DNA from: Candidatus Aminicenantes bacterium
GTDB lineage: Bacteria > Acidobacteriota > Aminicenantia > UBA2199
Assembly (NCBI GenBank): GCA_011049425.1
Contig: DSBM01000141.1
Span: forward strand, 62,969 to 126,968
Length of the DNA stretch: 64,000 nucleotides
Reading direction: 5' to 3'
Under the pieces are notes generated by a model. It was not told the origin of the DNA. It saw only the letters and a list, made by a program, of their open reading frames with translations, and did not search any database. The position numbers were made by a program, and so were the translations under genes. Positions 8,117 to 18,264 of this stretch are shown piece after piece. Every line of letters begins with the position of its first letter. Within the stretch, counting starts at the first letter, position 1.

Positions 8117-10186
8117 TTACGTTCTGAGTTCCAACTTAAGGGTTTTTACCAGCTTGTCTACCAGTTCGGTGTGAATGTGGTTTACCCTTTCTCCGGTTAA
8201 TGTCTGAAAAGCGTGGCGGTAATAGAAACTCAGGGCCATACTGACCCGCTCCCGCCCTGAATCCGCCTGATCCCGATAGCAATCAAACAGTTGATAAGAC
8301 TCCAGTTCGTTTGGTCGATGCATGGCAATGGCTTTTTCCAGGTCCGCAAACGCGACTTCACTGGGAATATAAACCGACAGGTCACGCTTTACCATGGGGA
8401 AACGGTTCCATTGAACAAAGCGTTGAACCGCGTGTGCCGGCATCAGTGAATCCAGCCTGATCTCCATGGCGGGCAGGATTTTTTCCAAGCCTGCGCATCG
8501 CATGATTTTTTGCTTCAGGCAACCCATCCATCCCGCCGGTTTATTGCGGATTCGGATTTCAAAAGAGCAACCCGGGTGCAGCCAGGGCAGATTGCTCTGC
8601 TTTAGAGAAAATTCCGTTCCCAGCCCCGACAGAAGTGCTTGCATTTCCCCGCGAAACACGAAAAAATCAACCTCTTCGGCCTTGGGATTGCGCCAGGACA
8701 GCGGTTCGTGTTCACCCCATGCCGTAGCGGCCAGGGCTTCCTCTTCGCGATAGTCGCTGTCGGAGTAGCGGAAAAAGCGTTTTCCCGTCTCAAACAACTT
8801 AACGCCCGGCGCGCCCTGATTGGCGTTTAGAACCGTGGCGCGCAACAGGCCGGGTATAAGCGAATTGCGCAAAACAGCGTAATCCATTCCCAGCGGATTT
8901 CGCAGGGCGATAGAGTCCGCGGCAGTGGATTGCGTTTGTGCCATCATCAGGTTGTCTTCCAGGCTCTGAAAAGAGTAATTCAATGCTTGGAAATAGCCGT
9001 TGGCAATCAGGTGATGAGCCGCTTTCAGCCGCAGGTTCCGCTGTCTATTCAGAGTGAAATCCTGGTTAACGGTTCGCGGCACGGCCGCTGGTATGCGGTT
9101 GTACCCGTAAATGCGTATGATCTCTTCCACAAGATCCTGTTTGCGGGTGATATCGACGCGAAAGGCCGGCACGGTTACGGCCCAGGAATCATTGCTGCTC
9201 AAGTCCACCCGGAAACCCAGGCGTTCAAGAATGGCGGCCGCCTCAGTCCGGGGAATTTCTATGCCTGCATAGCAGCTGGGAAAATCAACCGGCATGCGGA
9301 CAACGGTTTCCTGGAAGCGGCCGGGGTATTCATCGCGATATCCACTGGTAACCACCGGCTTTTCGGACCATGTTTGCATATATCCCAATGCCATGCCAAG
9401 GGCATGGGGCGTTGCCGTGATGTCGGTTCCACGCTCAAAACGGTATGACGCGTCGGTTTGCAAGCCCAGTCTTCGGGCCGTACGGCGAATGCGCACGGGG
9501 TCGAACCACGCGCTCTCCATGAATACGCTTTGGGTGCGGGCCGTGATTCCGGATTCAATCCCGCCCATGATTCCGGCCAGGGCGACCGGTCGAAGGGCAT
9601 CCGCGATTACGATATCCTCCGGGTCCAATTGCACTTCCCGCTCATCCAGAAGTCGCAATCGTTCACCGGGTCGTGCCCGCCGAACCCGGATTTGTTTTCC
9701 TTCCAGACAATCCAGGTCAAACATGTGCAAGGGATGCCCCATGGCCGCGATCACCAGGTTCGATGCGTCTACAACCTGGTTGATGGGACGCATCCCCAGG
9801 GATTCCAGCAAGGTGGCGATTTTTGCGGGAGAAGGCGAAGACGCGATATCGTGAACCACACATCCCGTGTACCTGCGGCAATCCGTTGCGGATTCGATTT
9901 GCACTTCGACGGAGTCGCCACCCTCCCCCACCGTTTGCTGCGGATGTGGATATTCCGGAAGATCCAGCTGCAGATGCGGCATGCGCGCATGAATTTCACG
10001 CGCAATGCCCAGGTGGGAAAGCCAATCCGGCCGGTTGGGAGTGATCTCTACGTCAAAAGTTGTGGAATGGCTGCCGGAGTGGATTTCAGCCACTTCGATT
10101 CCGAGGGAAGCCAGCAACTCCTTGATTTCCGTCACTGGCATGTCTACATCGATGAACTGTTGCAGGAATCGCAGGTTTACGCGCAT
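8117..10186 (-). CDS. pheT: Phenylalanine--tRNA ligase beta subunit (short form lacking the N-terminal OB/tRNA-binding domain)
   Basis: 689 aa with B3/4, B5 and a class II-like core. The N-terminus aligns to the PheT start, but the roughly 100-aa Myf/OB insert is absent. Confidence 0.9.
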   Translation of the reverse strand: MRVNLRFLQQFIDVDMPVTEIKELLASLGIEVAEIHSGSHSTTFDVEITPNRPDWLSHLGIAREIHARMPHLQLDLPEYPHPQQTVGEGGDSVEVQIESATDCRRYTGCVVHDIASSPSPAKIATLLESLGMRPINQVVDASNLVIAAMGHPLHMFDLDCLEGKQIRVRRARPGERLRLLDEREVQLDPEDIVIADALRPVALAGIMGGIESGITARTQSVFMESAWFDPVRIRRTARRLGLQTDASYRFERGTDITATPHALGMALGYMQTWSEKPVVTSGYRDEYPGRFQETVVRMPVDFPSCYAGIEIPRTEAAAILERLGFRVDLSSNDSWAVTVPAFRVDITRKQDLVEEIIRIYGYNRIPAAVPRTVNQDFTLNRQRNLRLKAAHHLIANGYFQALNYSFQSLEDNLMMAQTQSTAADSIALRNPLGMDYAVLRNSLIPGLLRATVLNANQGAPGVKLFETGKRFFRYSDSDYREEEALAATAWGEHEPLSWRNPKAEEVDFFVFRGEMQALLSGLGTEFSLKQSNLPWLHPGCSFEIRIRNKPAGWMGCLKQKIMRCAGLEKILPAMEIRLDSLMPAHAVQRFVQWNRFPMVKRDLSVYIPSEVAFADLEKAIAMHRPNELESYQLFDCYRDQADSGRERVSMALSFYYRHAFQTLTGERVNHIHTELVDKLVKTLKLELRT

Positions 10187-10191
10187 GGGAA

Positions 10192-11223
10192 TTATCCGAA
10201 TTGGCGCAAAAAGCGCAGATCGTTTTCAAAAAACATGCGCAGATCCGGAACACCATGTCGCAACATGGCGATGCGGTCCACGCCCATGCCAAAAGCAAAA
10301 CCGGAAAACACCTCCGGGTCGATACCACAGTTTTCCAAAACCTTGGGATGCACCATACCGCTGCCGAGGATTTCCAACCAACCGGTTCCCTTGCAGATGC
10401 GGCATTCGGGATCCCGGCCGAAACACAAGAAACAACTGATATCGATTTCCGCCGAGGGCTCGGTGAACGGGAAATAGCCCGGACGGAACCGGGTGACAAT
10501 CTCGGAGCCGAAAAAAGCCCGGATAAAGGTTTCAAGAATACCGCGAAGATGGGAAAAATTGACGCCACAATCTACCAGCAAGCCCTCAATCTGGTGGAAA
10601 ACCGGCGTATGTGTGGCATCCGGTTCATCTTTGCGAAACACTTTACCGGGAAAAATCGCCTTGAAGGGGGGACGTTTTGACTTCATATAACGGATCTGTA
10701 CCGGAGATGTATGGGTGCGCAAAACCGTATCTTCCCGCCCCTGGATAAAAAAAGTGTCCTGTTCATCCCGGGCGGGGTGGTGAGCGGGGATGTTCAATGC
10801 GGTGAAATTGTTGTATTCACTCTCCATCTCCGGTCCCTCCGCCACTTCATACCCCATCTGGATAAAGATATCCTCCAACTCGGTGCGGGTGCGCTCGATC
10901 AGGTGAGGCGCGCCGATGGGACGGTAAACAGGCGGTAAAGTCCAATCAACGGTTTTTTCTCGGCCGGTTTTCAAGCGGGCGGAAACCTGATCCAGGTTTT
11001 GCGTCACCGTTTGCTTGAAATGGTTGATGAGACGACCGGCTTCGGCTTTCTTTTGCGGCGGTACATCGCGCAACCGCTGCATCAGGAGCGTACAAATCCC
11101 CCTGCGGCGGCTGAAGTACTTTTCCTTCAACTCGCGATGCTGCTGCTGAGATTGAACCTGCTCGACCTCCGCTTTGAAAACCTGGATCAGTTCATCAATC
11201 TCATGACTGAGTTCCCGGCTCAT
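10192..11223 (-). CDS. pheS: Phenylalanine--tRNA ligase alpha subunit
   Basis: Class II aaRS motifs (FRPGYFPFTEPSAEIDI; GSGMVHPKVLENCGIDP). Confidence 0.9.
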   Translation of the reverse strand: MSRELSHEIDELIQVFKAEVEQVQSQQQHRELKEKYFSRRRGICTLLMQRLRDVPPQKKAEAGRLINHFKQTVTQNLDQVSARLKTGREKTVDWTLPPVYRPIGAPHLIERTRTELEDIFIQMGYEVAEGPEMESEYNNFTALNIPAHHPARDEQDTFFIQGREDTVLRTHTSPVQIRYMKSKRPPFKAIFPGKVFRKDEPDATHTPVFHQIEGLLVDCGVNFSHLRGILETFIRAFFGSEIVTRFRPGYFPFTEPSAEIDISCFLCFGRDPECRICKGTGWLEILGSGMVHPKVLENCGIDPEVFSGFAFGMGVDRIAMLRHGVPDLRMFFENDLRFLRQFG

Positions 11224-11573
11224 AGGTACGTTTTGACTTTCTCAACGATACCTGTGAATGTGTCGGGTTCAGTAGCTGCAAGATTGGAGAGCACCTTGCG
11301 GTTCAGGCGGATCTGCGCTTTGTCTAAACCATGGATAAATGTAGCGTAATTCAGATCGTGTTGGCGCACGGCGGCATTGATGCGCACGTTCCACAGGCGC
11401 CGGAAGTCGCGCTTGCGGTTGCGCCGATCCCGATAGGCATATTGCAGCGAGCGTTCGACAGCCTCGCGTGCTGTGCGATAATTATGGCTCTTGGCTCCAA
11501 AAAAGCCACTGGCCAGTTTCAAAATTTTCTTGCGGCGATTCAGTTTTTTATTTCCGCGTGTTACTCTGGGCAT
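11220..11573 (-). CDS. rplT: 50S ribosomal protein L20
   Basis: MPRVTRGNKKLNRRKKILKLASGFFGAK... a typical L20. Confidence 0.95.
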   Translation of the reverse strand: MPRVTRGNKKLNRRKKILKLASGFFGAKSHNYRTAREAVERSLQYAYRDRRNRKRDFRRLWNVRINAAVRQHDLNYATFIHGLDKAQIRLNRKVLSNLAATEPDTFTGIVEKVKTYL

Positions 11574-11634
11574 CTCATCCTCCGTCTAAGGCTTTTTTCA
11601 TTTGCCCCATTGCGATTCTTCAGCAGAGAAATCG

Positions 11635-11832
11635 TCAGCCATAGGGCAAAAGGTTCTTCATCTGCTTGGCTTCTTCCTTGACAACAATGGTGGATTTCCG
11701 CAGATTGCGTTTGCGTTTTGCGCTTTTTTTGGTCAGGATATGTGAAGCAAACGCGCGGTTGCGGCGGATCTTACCACTGCCGGTGAACCGGAAACGTTTC
11801 CGGGCGCCTCTATGGGTTTTTAGTTTCGGCAT
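11635..11832 (-). CDS. rpmI: 50S ribosomal protein L35
   Basis: [24 protein letters not shown]..., 65 aa. Confidence 0.9.
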   Translation of the reverse strand: MPKLKTHRGARKRFRFTGSGKIRRNRAFASHILTKKSAKRKRNLRKSTIVVKEEAKQMKNLLPYG

Positions 11833-12385
11833 CTTTTCCTCCTTTCTTCTTGCCGATCAGTATATGGTTGGAAAACCGTTCTCTCTTGGGCATGGATTCA
11901 ATCTCGGCAAAGTCCTTGAGGATCTCAAGAATCTTTTCCGTCATGATATGCAGCATTTCCGGTTTGCGTTTCTGGCGGCCACGCAACCACACCGTAATCT
12001 TGACTTTATTGCCTTCATCCAGGAATTGCCGGATCTTTTTTAACTTGACTTCGACATCATGCTCCCCGATTACAGGTGTGAACTTGATCTCTTTAACCTG
12101 GATTTTTTTCTGCAGTTTCTGGGCTTCATGTGCTTTTTTTTGAATGCTGTACAGGTATTTGCCATAGTCGAGAAGGCGACATACCGGGGGATTCGCATTC
12201 GGGGAAATCTCAACCAGGTCCATGCCCTTTTCTTCGGCGATTGCCAATGCTTCACGCATCGGGACAATCCCCAATTGATTCTTTTCTTCATCAATAAGCC
12301 GTACTTCCTGGGCACGAATTTCCCGGTTGATACGGTGAGGCCGGATCTTCTGAACAGGTCTTCTAGTGCTGTACCTTCTTCGCAA
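11810..12385 (-). CDS. infC: Translation initiation factor IF-3
   Basis: IF-3 N- and C-domains ([23 protein letters not shown]...; [19 protein letters not shown]). The real start may be non-canonical, as is usual for infC. Confidence 0.85.
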   Translation of the reverse strand: MRRRYSTRRPVQKIRPHRINREIRAQEVRLIDEEKNQLGIVPMREALAIAEEKGMDLVEISPNANPPVCRLLDYGKYLYSIQKKAHEAQKLQKKIQVKEIKFTPVIGEHDVEVKLKKIRQFLDEGNKVKITVWLRGRQKRKPEMLHIMTEKILEILKDFAEIESMPKRERFSNHILIGKKKGGKDAETKNP

Positions 12386-14216
12386 ACGTTTTCTCCTCGA
12401 TGGCGTTTAAAATTGATTGAACCAGTTTTTCGAGCGCCATCTTACCCTGGTCTCCGCTGCGGTGGATGCGCAGGGAGACGTCCTGGTTCTTTTCCTCTTC
12501 ATCACCCAGAATAAGGATGTAGGGAATCTTTTCCATTTCAGCGTCACGAATCTTGCGGCCCATACCTTCACTGCGACTCTCCAGACGGGCGCGGATCCCT
12601 TTCTTTTGCAGTTCGTTCTGCACCTGCCTGGCGTACGCGGTATTGCGATCGTTGATGGGAATCACGGCAGCCTGAACCGGAGCCAGCCATACCGGGAAAT
12701 AGCCTGCGTAATTCTCGATCAGGATGCCGAAGAAGCGCTCCAGAGAGCCCAGCAGGGCTCTATGAATCATGATGGGCCTTTCTACCTGCCCGGTTTCACT
12801 TGTGTAACGCAAATCAAACCGGCGAGGCATATTGAAATCCACCTGGATGGTGGAACATTGCCATGAACGTTTTAGTACATCCTTGATTTTAATGTCGATC
12901 TTGGGTCCGTAGAACACGCCCTCACCCGGATCAACGGTGAATGCGACTCCGGATTCACTCAGGGCCCTTTCCAGTGCGTGCGTGGCCAGGTCCCACTCCT
13001 CGGGATCGCCGACAAAGTTTTCCGGGCGGGTGGAAAGAAAAACATCCAGGTCGGTAAAACCGAATGTTCCCAATATGTTCAGGCTGAAACGGATCAGATC
13101 CTTTAATTCGTCAAGGATCTGTTCCCGGGTACAGAAAATGTGGGCGTCATCCTGGGTAAAACCGCGCACACGCAGCAATCCGTGTAATACGCCACTGCGC
13201 TCATATCGATATACCGTTCCCAGTTCCGCCCAACGCAGGGGCAATTCGCGCCAACTCCGCGTGCGGGATTTAAACACCACCAGGTGAAACGGGCAGTTCA
13301 TGGGTTTAAGCTGGTATTCGGTGTTGTCGAACTCGATCGGGGTAAACATGTTTTTACTGTAAAACCCCCTGTGTCCACTGGTTTCCCACAATTCACCGCG
13401 CGCGATATGCGGCGTATACAGGAGTTCATAGCCGGAACGAATATGTTCTTCCCTCCAGTACTTTTCAACCTCATAGCGAATCATGCCGCCGCGGGGATGC
13501 CAAAGCACAAGACCGGCGCCGATCTCATTTTGAATCGAAAACAAATCCAGGTCCCGGCCCAACTTACGGTGATCCCTGGCTTTGGCCTCTTTAAGGAAAC
13601 ACAGATGATCGTCCAGTTGCTCTCTCGTGGGGAATACCACGCCATAGACCCGCTGCATTGAATGGCTGGATTCATCTCCCATCCAGTGTGACGCCGCTAC
13701 GGACATGAGTTTGAAATGCTTCAGGAATCCCGTAGACGGCAGGTGCGGCCCGCGGCACAGGTCAATGAATTCTCCCTGGCGGTATACGGTTACGCTGTCC
13801 CCATCAACCTTTTCATGAATCAGTTCCACTTTCAGCAACTGCCCCATTTGCGAAAAGAGCTCCAGGGCAGCCTTCTTGGATAGTATTTCACGCTTGATGG
13901 AGAGGTTCTGTTTAACCAGGTGAGCCATGCGGCGGGATATTTTTTCCAGATCCCCCGGGGTAAACGGCTCTTTAACTAAAAAATCGTAATAAAACCCGCT
14001 GTCAACCGCGGGTCCGATGCCGTATTGGGCATCGGGGAATAATTCGAACACGGCATGGGCCAGCAGATGCGCGCAAGAGTGCCGGAACACATCCAGGGCA
14101 TCCGCATGCTTCGGATATACAAATTCATATCGATCCGCCTCGACGGTTGCAGCTCCAAGATCGGTCAACTCGCCGTTCAGGCGCATCAAAACAGGCTTGC
14201 CGTTTTTGTTACTCAT
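12363..14216 (-). CDS. thrS: Threonine--tRNA ligase
   Basis: TGS/second-additional domain (RHSCAHLLAHA), class II core (CRGPHLP, FTQDDAHIF) and anticodon-binding domain. Confidence 0.9.
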   Translation of the reverse strand: MSNKNGKPVLMRLNGELTDLGAATVEADRYEFVYPKHADALDVFRHSCAHLLAHAVFELFPDAQYGIGPAVDSGFYYDFLVKEPFTPGDLEKISRRMAHLVKQNLSIKREILSKKAALELFSQMGQLLKVELIHEKVDGDSVTVYRQGEFIDLCRGPHLPSTGFLKHFKLMSVAASHWMGDESSHSMQRVYGVVFPTREQLDDHLCFLKEAKARDHRKLGRDLDLFSIQNEIGAGLVLWHPRGGMIRYEVEKYWREEHIRSGYELLYTPHIARGELWETSGHRGFYSKNMFTPIEFDNTEYQLKPMNCPFHLVVFKSRTRSWRELPLRWAELGTVYRYERSGVLHGLLRVRGFTQDDAHIFCTREQILDELKDLIRFSLNILGTFGFTDLDVFLSTRPENFVGDPEEWDLATHALERALSESGVAFTVDPGEGVFYGPKIDIKIKDVLKRSWQCSTIQVDFNMPRRFDLRYTSETGQVERPIMIHRALLGSLERFFGILIENYAGYFPVWLAPVQAAVIPINDRNTAYARQVQNELQKKGIRARLESRSEGMGRKIRDAEMEKIPYILILGDEEEKNQDVSLRIHRSGDQGKMALEKLVQSILNAIEEKTFAKKVQH

Positions 14217-14235
14217 GGTTGGTCCGGGAGGGGGA

Positions 14236-14314
14236 TGGTAGGCGCGGGCGGGCTCGAACCGCCGACCTCTACCGTGTCAAGGTAGCACTCTAACCAGAAC
14301 TGAGCTACGCGCCT
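14236..14314 (-). tRNA. tRNA-Val (anticodon GAC), CCA encoded
   Basis: The reverse complement folds as a cloverleaf: acceptor AGGCGCG/CGCGCCT, anticodon stem CTACC/GGTAG with loop TTGACAC, T-arm GGCGG-TTCGAGC-CCGCC, 3' ACCA. Confidence 0.85.
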
Positions 14315-14336
14315 GAACCACAAATTCCACAGCTGG

Positions 14337-14618
14337 TTAATCCAACTGGATTTTCAGCTTTTTGCCGGGAATGAACTTAGCGACCCGCCGCGCCGGGATT
14401 TCAATAGTCTCCCCGGTTCGTGGATTCCGGCCCTTCTTGCGTTTTTTCATCGTGGATTTAAATGTACCGAATCCCACGATGGTCAATTTCCCGTTTTCCC
14501 GCTTCATCTGGTCGATTACGATTTCCACCAAATTGTCTATAATGGTTAAGGCATCGTTTTTGGTGAATTCGGTATTATTGACCATAGCGGCCGCCAATTC
14601 ATTCTTGTTCATAAACAA
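14337..14618 (-). CDS. hup: HU/IHF-family nucleoid DNA-binding protein
   Basis: 93 aa, MNKNELAAAM...GFGTFK...RNPRTGE..IP.R..F.PGK signature. Confidence 0.85.
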   Translation of the reverse strand: MFMNKNELAAAMVNNTEFTKNDALTIIDNLVEIVIDQMKRENGKLTIVGFGTFKSTMKKRKKGRNPRTGETIEIPARRVAKFIPGKKLKIQLD

Positions 14619-14740
14619 TCCTCCTCTTGACGCTCGTAAATGTACATGATATCCCCTGCAAAGTCAATACTGACGGGCAAAAAAGCCACGTGACCGCGCC
14701 GCCTCACGGGTTGCTGCAGACACACGGATCCGTAGGTGTC

Positions 14741-15265
14741 TCAGATGCGCAGAAGGCTCCCCTTGGCCATGATATCTCGTTGGACCCTTGAGAGTTGAGG
14801 GAGGGAAAAGCATTCCTGGGTGTCCTCTACTGTCACCTTCCCGGTATCCAGGTTCACGTGAATGGGTTTTAAATGCGTCCAACCGCCGTTTTTCACCAAT
14901 TCCCCGGCTTGTGGTAATTCAATGATGGGCATGCCGGAATTGATGGCGTTGCGTTTGTAAATGGCCCCGAATGACTCAGCGATAATCAGTCGTATGCCCA
15001 GGGCGCGAAAACAATCCACTGCATGCTGGCGCGACGATCCCGATCCGAAGTTCGCGCCGGCCACCACGACATCACCTTTCTGAACCAGTTCCGGGAAACG
15101 GGTCCAACCCTCCAGGTTACCCAGGGCATAACGACCCATCTCGTCCACTTCCGTGATATGCAGATGCTGGTTGTGAAAAATCTGATCCGTGTCGATATCC
15201 GGAATCAACCTTCCCTGCGCAGAGGTCAACAGGATCAGCCGGCCGGCAAATTGACGTTCAGACAT
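14741..15265 (-). CDS. leuD: Aconitase-family dehydratase small subunit (LeuD-like, short archaeal/LeuD2 type)
   Basis: 174 aa, GANFGSGSSRQHAV...LGIRLIIAESFGAIYKRNAINSG swivel-domain motifs. Confidence 0.75.
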   Translation of the reverse strand: MSERQFAGRLILLTSAQGRLIPDIDTDQIFHNQHLHITEVDEMGRYALGNLEGWTRFPELVQKGDVVVAGANFGSGSSRQHAVDCFRALGIRLIIAESFGAIYKRNAINSGMPIIELPQAGELVKNGGWTHLKPIHVNLDTGKVTVEDTQECFSLPQLSRVQRDIMAKGSLLRI

Positions 15266-15268
15266 GCG

Positions 15269-16522
15269 CTAGCCCTCCTTTGCGGTCAATCTTCCTTTCA
15301 TCACCGACCAAGCCACAACTTCGGGAGAAGTCAGGTAGTTGAATCCGTCACCCTGTTTACCCGGGAAATTGCGGTTGCCGGTGGACAGCATGACCTCATT
15401 GCGCCCGGTCATACCGATATGACCCTGGGCGCAGCCGCCGCATCCCGGATTGGATATGATCGCGCCGGCATCAAACAGGTCATTCAACATGCCCCGGTCC
15501 ATGGCCGCTTTGTAAACCCGTTGCGTGCTCGGCACAATCGCCAGTCGCGTTCCCGGGGCGATTTTGCGCCCTTTCAGAATTTTCCAGGCGGCCTCGATAT
15601 CGCTGAGCCGCCCATTGGTGCAGGATCCGATAAACCCAAAATCCACTTTGACGTCGCTCAGCTCCGAAACCTTGCAAACATTGTGTGGAACCGGCGGTGC
15701 CGCCACCATGGCTTCAATATCAGAGACATCGACAACAATCTCTTCATCATATGTCGCGTCGGGGTCGGCACGAACTTCACCGGGACAATCCCCCATCCCG
15801 TTCATGGCCGGAATCTGATCCATGGTGTGGTTGTTAAAGGGAATAAAGCCCACGATTCCACCCATTTCCGTGATCATGCTTAACAAGGTGATGCGACCAG
15901 GCAGATCCAGTTTCTCTACAGCCTCGCCCACGAATTCAACCGCGCAACCCAACACGCGGTCGGTTTTCAGTTCGCCCAATATCCACAGCGCCAGGTCTTT
16001 ACCGTTGATTGGTACTCGGGGCTTTCCCTGTATGCGAACCAATCTGGTGCGGGGGACTTCAAACCAGGTGCGCCCCCTGCGGAACCCAAAGGCGATATCC
16101 ACATCCCCCATCCCCTGGCCGAAACAGTTCACGGCTCCGAGAATGTTCATGTGGCTGTCCGTACCCACCACAATTGTACCCGGCAGGGCGATTCCCTCTT
16201 CCATCATGGTATGGGTACCGATGCCGCGCTCCACGTCAAAAACGCGGATTCCCTGCTCCCGGGCGAATTCCCTGCAGATCTGCTGGTTATTCGCATACTG
16301 GATGGTTTTGGGCGGAACCGTCAAGTCAAAAGTAAACAACACCCGCTCCCGGTCCACCACCGGGGCATCTCCATAGTGACTTCGGTAGTTTTTGACCACA
16401 TTCGGCCCGGCAAAATCCCGGGCGGAAATCACGTCCAGGTCGATCCAGACAATCTTTCCCGGCGCTACCTCTTCCTGGGTATGCCGAGCAAAAATCTTTT
16501 CAATAACCGTTTTTCCGCTCAT
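15269..16522 (-). CDS. leuC: Aconitase-family dehydratase large subunit (LeuC-like, 3-isopropylmalate/homoaconitate dehydratase type)
   Basis: 417 aa, GTDSHMNILGA...GSCTNGRLSD...NPGCGGCAQGH Fe-S ligand motifs. 4-nt overlaps with mglA upstream and leuD downstream. Confidence 0.75.
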   Translation of the reverse strand: MSGKTVIEKIFARHTQEEVAPGKIVWIDLDVISARDFAGPNVVKNYRSHYGDAPVVDRERVLFTFDLTVPPKTIQYANNQQICREFAREQGIRVFDVERGIGTHTMMEEGIALPGTIVVGTDSHMNILGAVNCFGQGMGDVDIAFGFRRGRTWFEVPRTRLVRIQGKPRVPINGKDLALWILGELKTDRVLGCAVEFVGEAVEKLDLPGRITLLSMITEMGGIVGFIPFNNHTMDQIPAMNGMGDCPGEVRADPDATYDEEIVVDVSDIEAMVAAPPVPHNVCKVSELSDVKVDFGFIGSCTNGRLSDIEAAWKILKGRKIAPGTRLAIVPSTQRVYKAAMDRGMLNDLFDAGAIISNPGCGGCAQGHIGMTGRNEVMLSTGNRNFPGKQGDGFNYLTSPEVVAWSVMKGRLTAKEG

Positions 16523-17109
16523 TGCAGTTTCCTTTTCACATCGATCATAACCAACCTGGAGATCTGTTTCAGGGTATCGATCACCCCATCTCCCTTTGTG
16601 GCGACGGCTTCCGTTACGGGTTCCCCTTTTTTGCGCAACACCGGAATCAACTCATCGGCTGGAGTGATATTGGGCAAGTCCCGTTTATTCAGTTGCAATA
16701 CATAAGGCATCTGGTCGAAATTCAATTTGTATTCACGCAGGTTTTCCATCATGTCCTCAAGGCTCTCGATGTTGGCTTCAAAACGCTCGCGCTGTGAATC
16801 AGCCACAAACACCAGTCCGTCCACACCCTTGAGAATCAGCTTTCGGGAGCTGCTGTAATAGATTTGTCCCGGCACGGTATACAGATGGAATTTGACCTTG
16901 TAGCCTTTGATTTGACCAAGATCCAGGGGAAAAAAATCAAAAAACAGGGTTCGCTCGGTTTCAGTGGCCAAGCTGACCAGCTTGCCTTTGTTATCACTCT
17001 TGATTTTCTCGTATATGTATTTGATGTTGGTGGTTTTTCCACTGAGCCCCGGCCCGTAGTAGACGATCTTAAAGTTGATCTCGCGAGTGGAATAGTTTAA
17101 AAATGACAA
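16519..17109 (-). CDS. mglA: Ras-like small GTPase MglA (motility/polarity regulator)
   Basis: Very close to Myxococcus MglA (MSFLNYSTREINFKIVYYGPGLSGKTTN...LYTVPGQ...VFVADSQ). Confidence 0.85.
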   Translation of the reverse strand: MSFLNYSTREINFKIVYYGPGLSGKTTNIKYIYEKIKSDNKGKLVSLATETERTLFFDFFPLDLGQIKGYKVKFHLYTVPGQIYYSSSRKLILKGVDGLVFVADSQRERFEANIESLEDMMENLREYKLNFDQMPYVLQLNKRDLPNITPADELIPVLRKKGEPVTEAVATKGDGVIDTLKQISRLVMIDVKRKLQ

Positions 17110-17111
17110 TA

Positions 17112-17600
17112 TCAGTCTCCAAATATCTCGTCAATGTCTGCGTCCGTAACCCCTTCAAAGGGAGAAATATCATCTTTGAAAACGTTTGACTTCAATTTTT
17201 GATTAATGGTTTGAAATACTCCGGCCAGCTCCGACGTGGCGTTTTTCACCCGGAAACGTACCAGGCCCAGGTTGGATTCCCTGCGAAAGATGTTGATCAA
17301 CATGGTGCGTTCATTGATCAGTGACACGTAGAGGCTCTTGGTATCGGATTCAGTCAACACACTGGTGAATTTGTCGATCTGCAGCATCTGGGCGATACTG
17401 TTGACGGCCGATATGCTACCGGCGATCAACGAAGAGATGGAATTCAAATAGGAGTCATCCAGATCGCCGGTGGAGGCGATGCAGTGGCCCTCGGAATCGG
17501 TAATAAAAACGATCTCTGACCCCGAATTTTCTTTGAGCTCATCAAGGATCTTTTTGATCAACACATATTCTTCGTTGTATATGACAAAGTTTTCCTGCAT
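17112..17600 (-). CDS. mglB: Roadblock/LC7-domain protein MglB (GAP for MglA)
   Basis: 162 aa Roadblock/LC7 fold protein immediately upstream of mglA with a 3-nt spacing. Confidence 0.75.
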   Translation of the reverse strand: MQENFVIYNEEYVLIKKILDELKENSGSEIVFITDSEGHCIASTGDLDDSYLNSISSLIAGSISAVNSIAQMLQIDKFTSVLTESDTKSLYVSLINERTMLINIFRRESNLGLVRFRVKNATSELAGVFQTINQKLKSNVFKDDISPFEGVTDADIDEIFGD

Positions 17601-17643
17601 GGTCTAACCATTATGAAACGCCTCAAATCGCTTGTCAACCATA

Positions 17644-18264
17644 TCATTCAACATCCCTGCGTCCCTCCATGGAACGGGCGATGGTCAACGCATCCACGTA
17701 GTCCATGTCCGCGCCCACGGGCAAACCCAGGGCGATGCGGGTAATGCGCAACCCATTGGACTTGAGTTGTTCACTCAGGTAGTGTGCGGTTGCATTGCCT
17801 TCAGTGGTTGGACTGGTAGCCAGAATGACCTCGCGAACGCCACCGGAAGCGACACGTTGTACCAGTTCCGGGATCTTTAACTCATCCGGACCCACACCCT
17901 GCACCGGTGACAGATTCCCATGCAATACATGGTACAACCCATGGTAGAGATGGGTTTTTTCAATTGAAAGGATGTTGAACGGTTCTTCCACTACGCAGAT
18001 CAAACCCCTGTCCCGGCGATGATCACGACAGATTTCACAGGTTTCTTCCGTGGTCAAGGTGCGGCATTGGGAACAGAAACGCACACTTTTGCGCGCCTCG
18101 AGAATGACGCGCGCCAATTCCTGGGATTTCTCGGGGTCCGATTTCAAAAGATAAAAACCGATGCGCTGGGCGGATTTACGCCCGATTCCCGGCAACCGGC
18201 TCAACACGGTAAGCAACCGTTCCAATGGCGGGGAAAAACCGTTCATGTATTGCTCCCCAAGCAC
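17644..18264 (-). CDS. recR: Recombination protein RecR
   Basis: HhH (LPGIGRKSAQRI), C4 zinc finger (CSQCRTLTTEETCEIC) and Toprim. Confidence 0.9.
   Translation of the reverse strand: MLGEQYMNGFSPPLERLLTVLSRLPGIGRKSAQRIGFYLLKSDPEKSQELARVILEARKSVRFCSQCRTLTTEETCEICRDHRRDRGLICVVEEPFNILSIEKTHLYHGLYHVLHGNLSPVQGVGPDELKIPELVQRVASGGVREVILATSPTTEGNATAHYLSEQLKSNGLRITRIALGLPVGADMDYVDALTIARSMEGRRDVE

Noticed and set aside
9458-10477. 339-aa plus-strand ORF
   Set aside because: It is antisense to the well-conserved pheT/pheS genes. The translation is Arg/Pro/Gly-rich, as GC-rich antisense frames usually are, and resembles no protein family.
15023-15883. 286-aa plus-strand ORF
   Set aside because: It is antisense across the leuC/leuD junction, while the sense genes are strongly supported.
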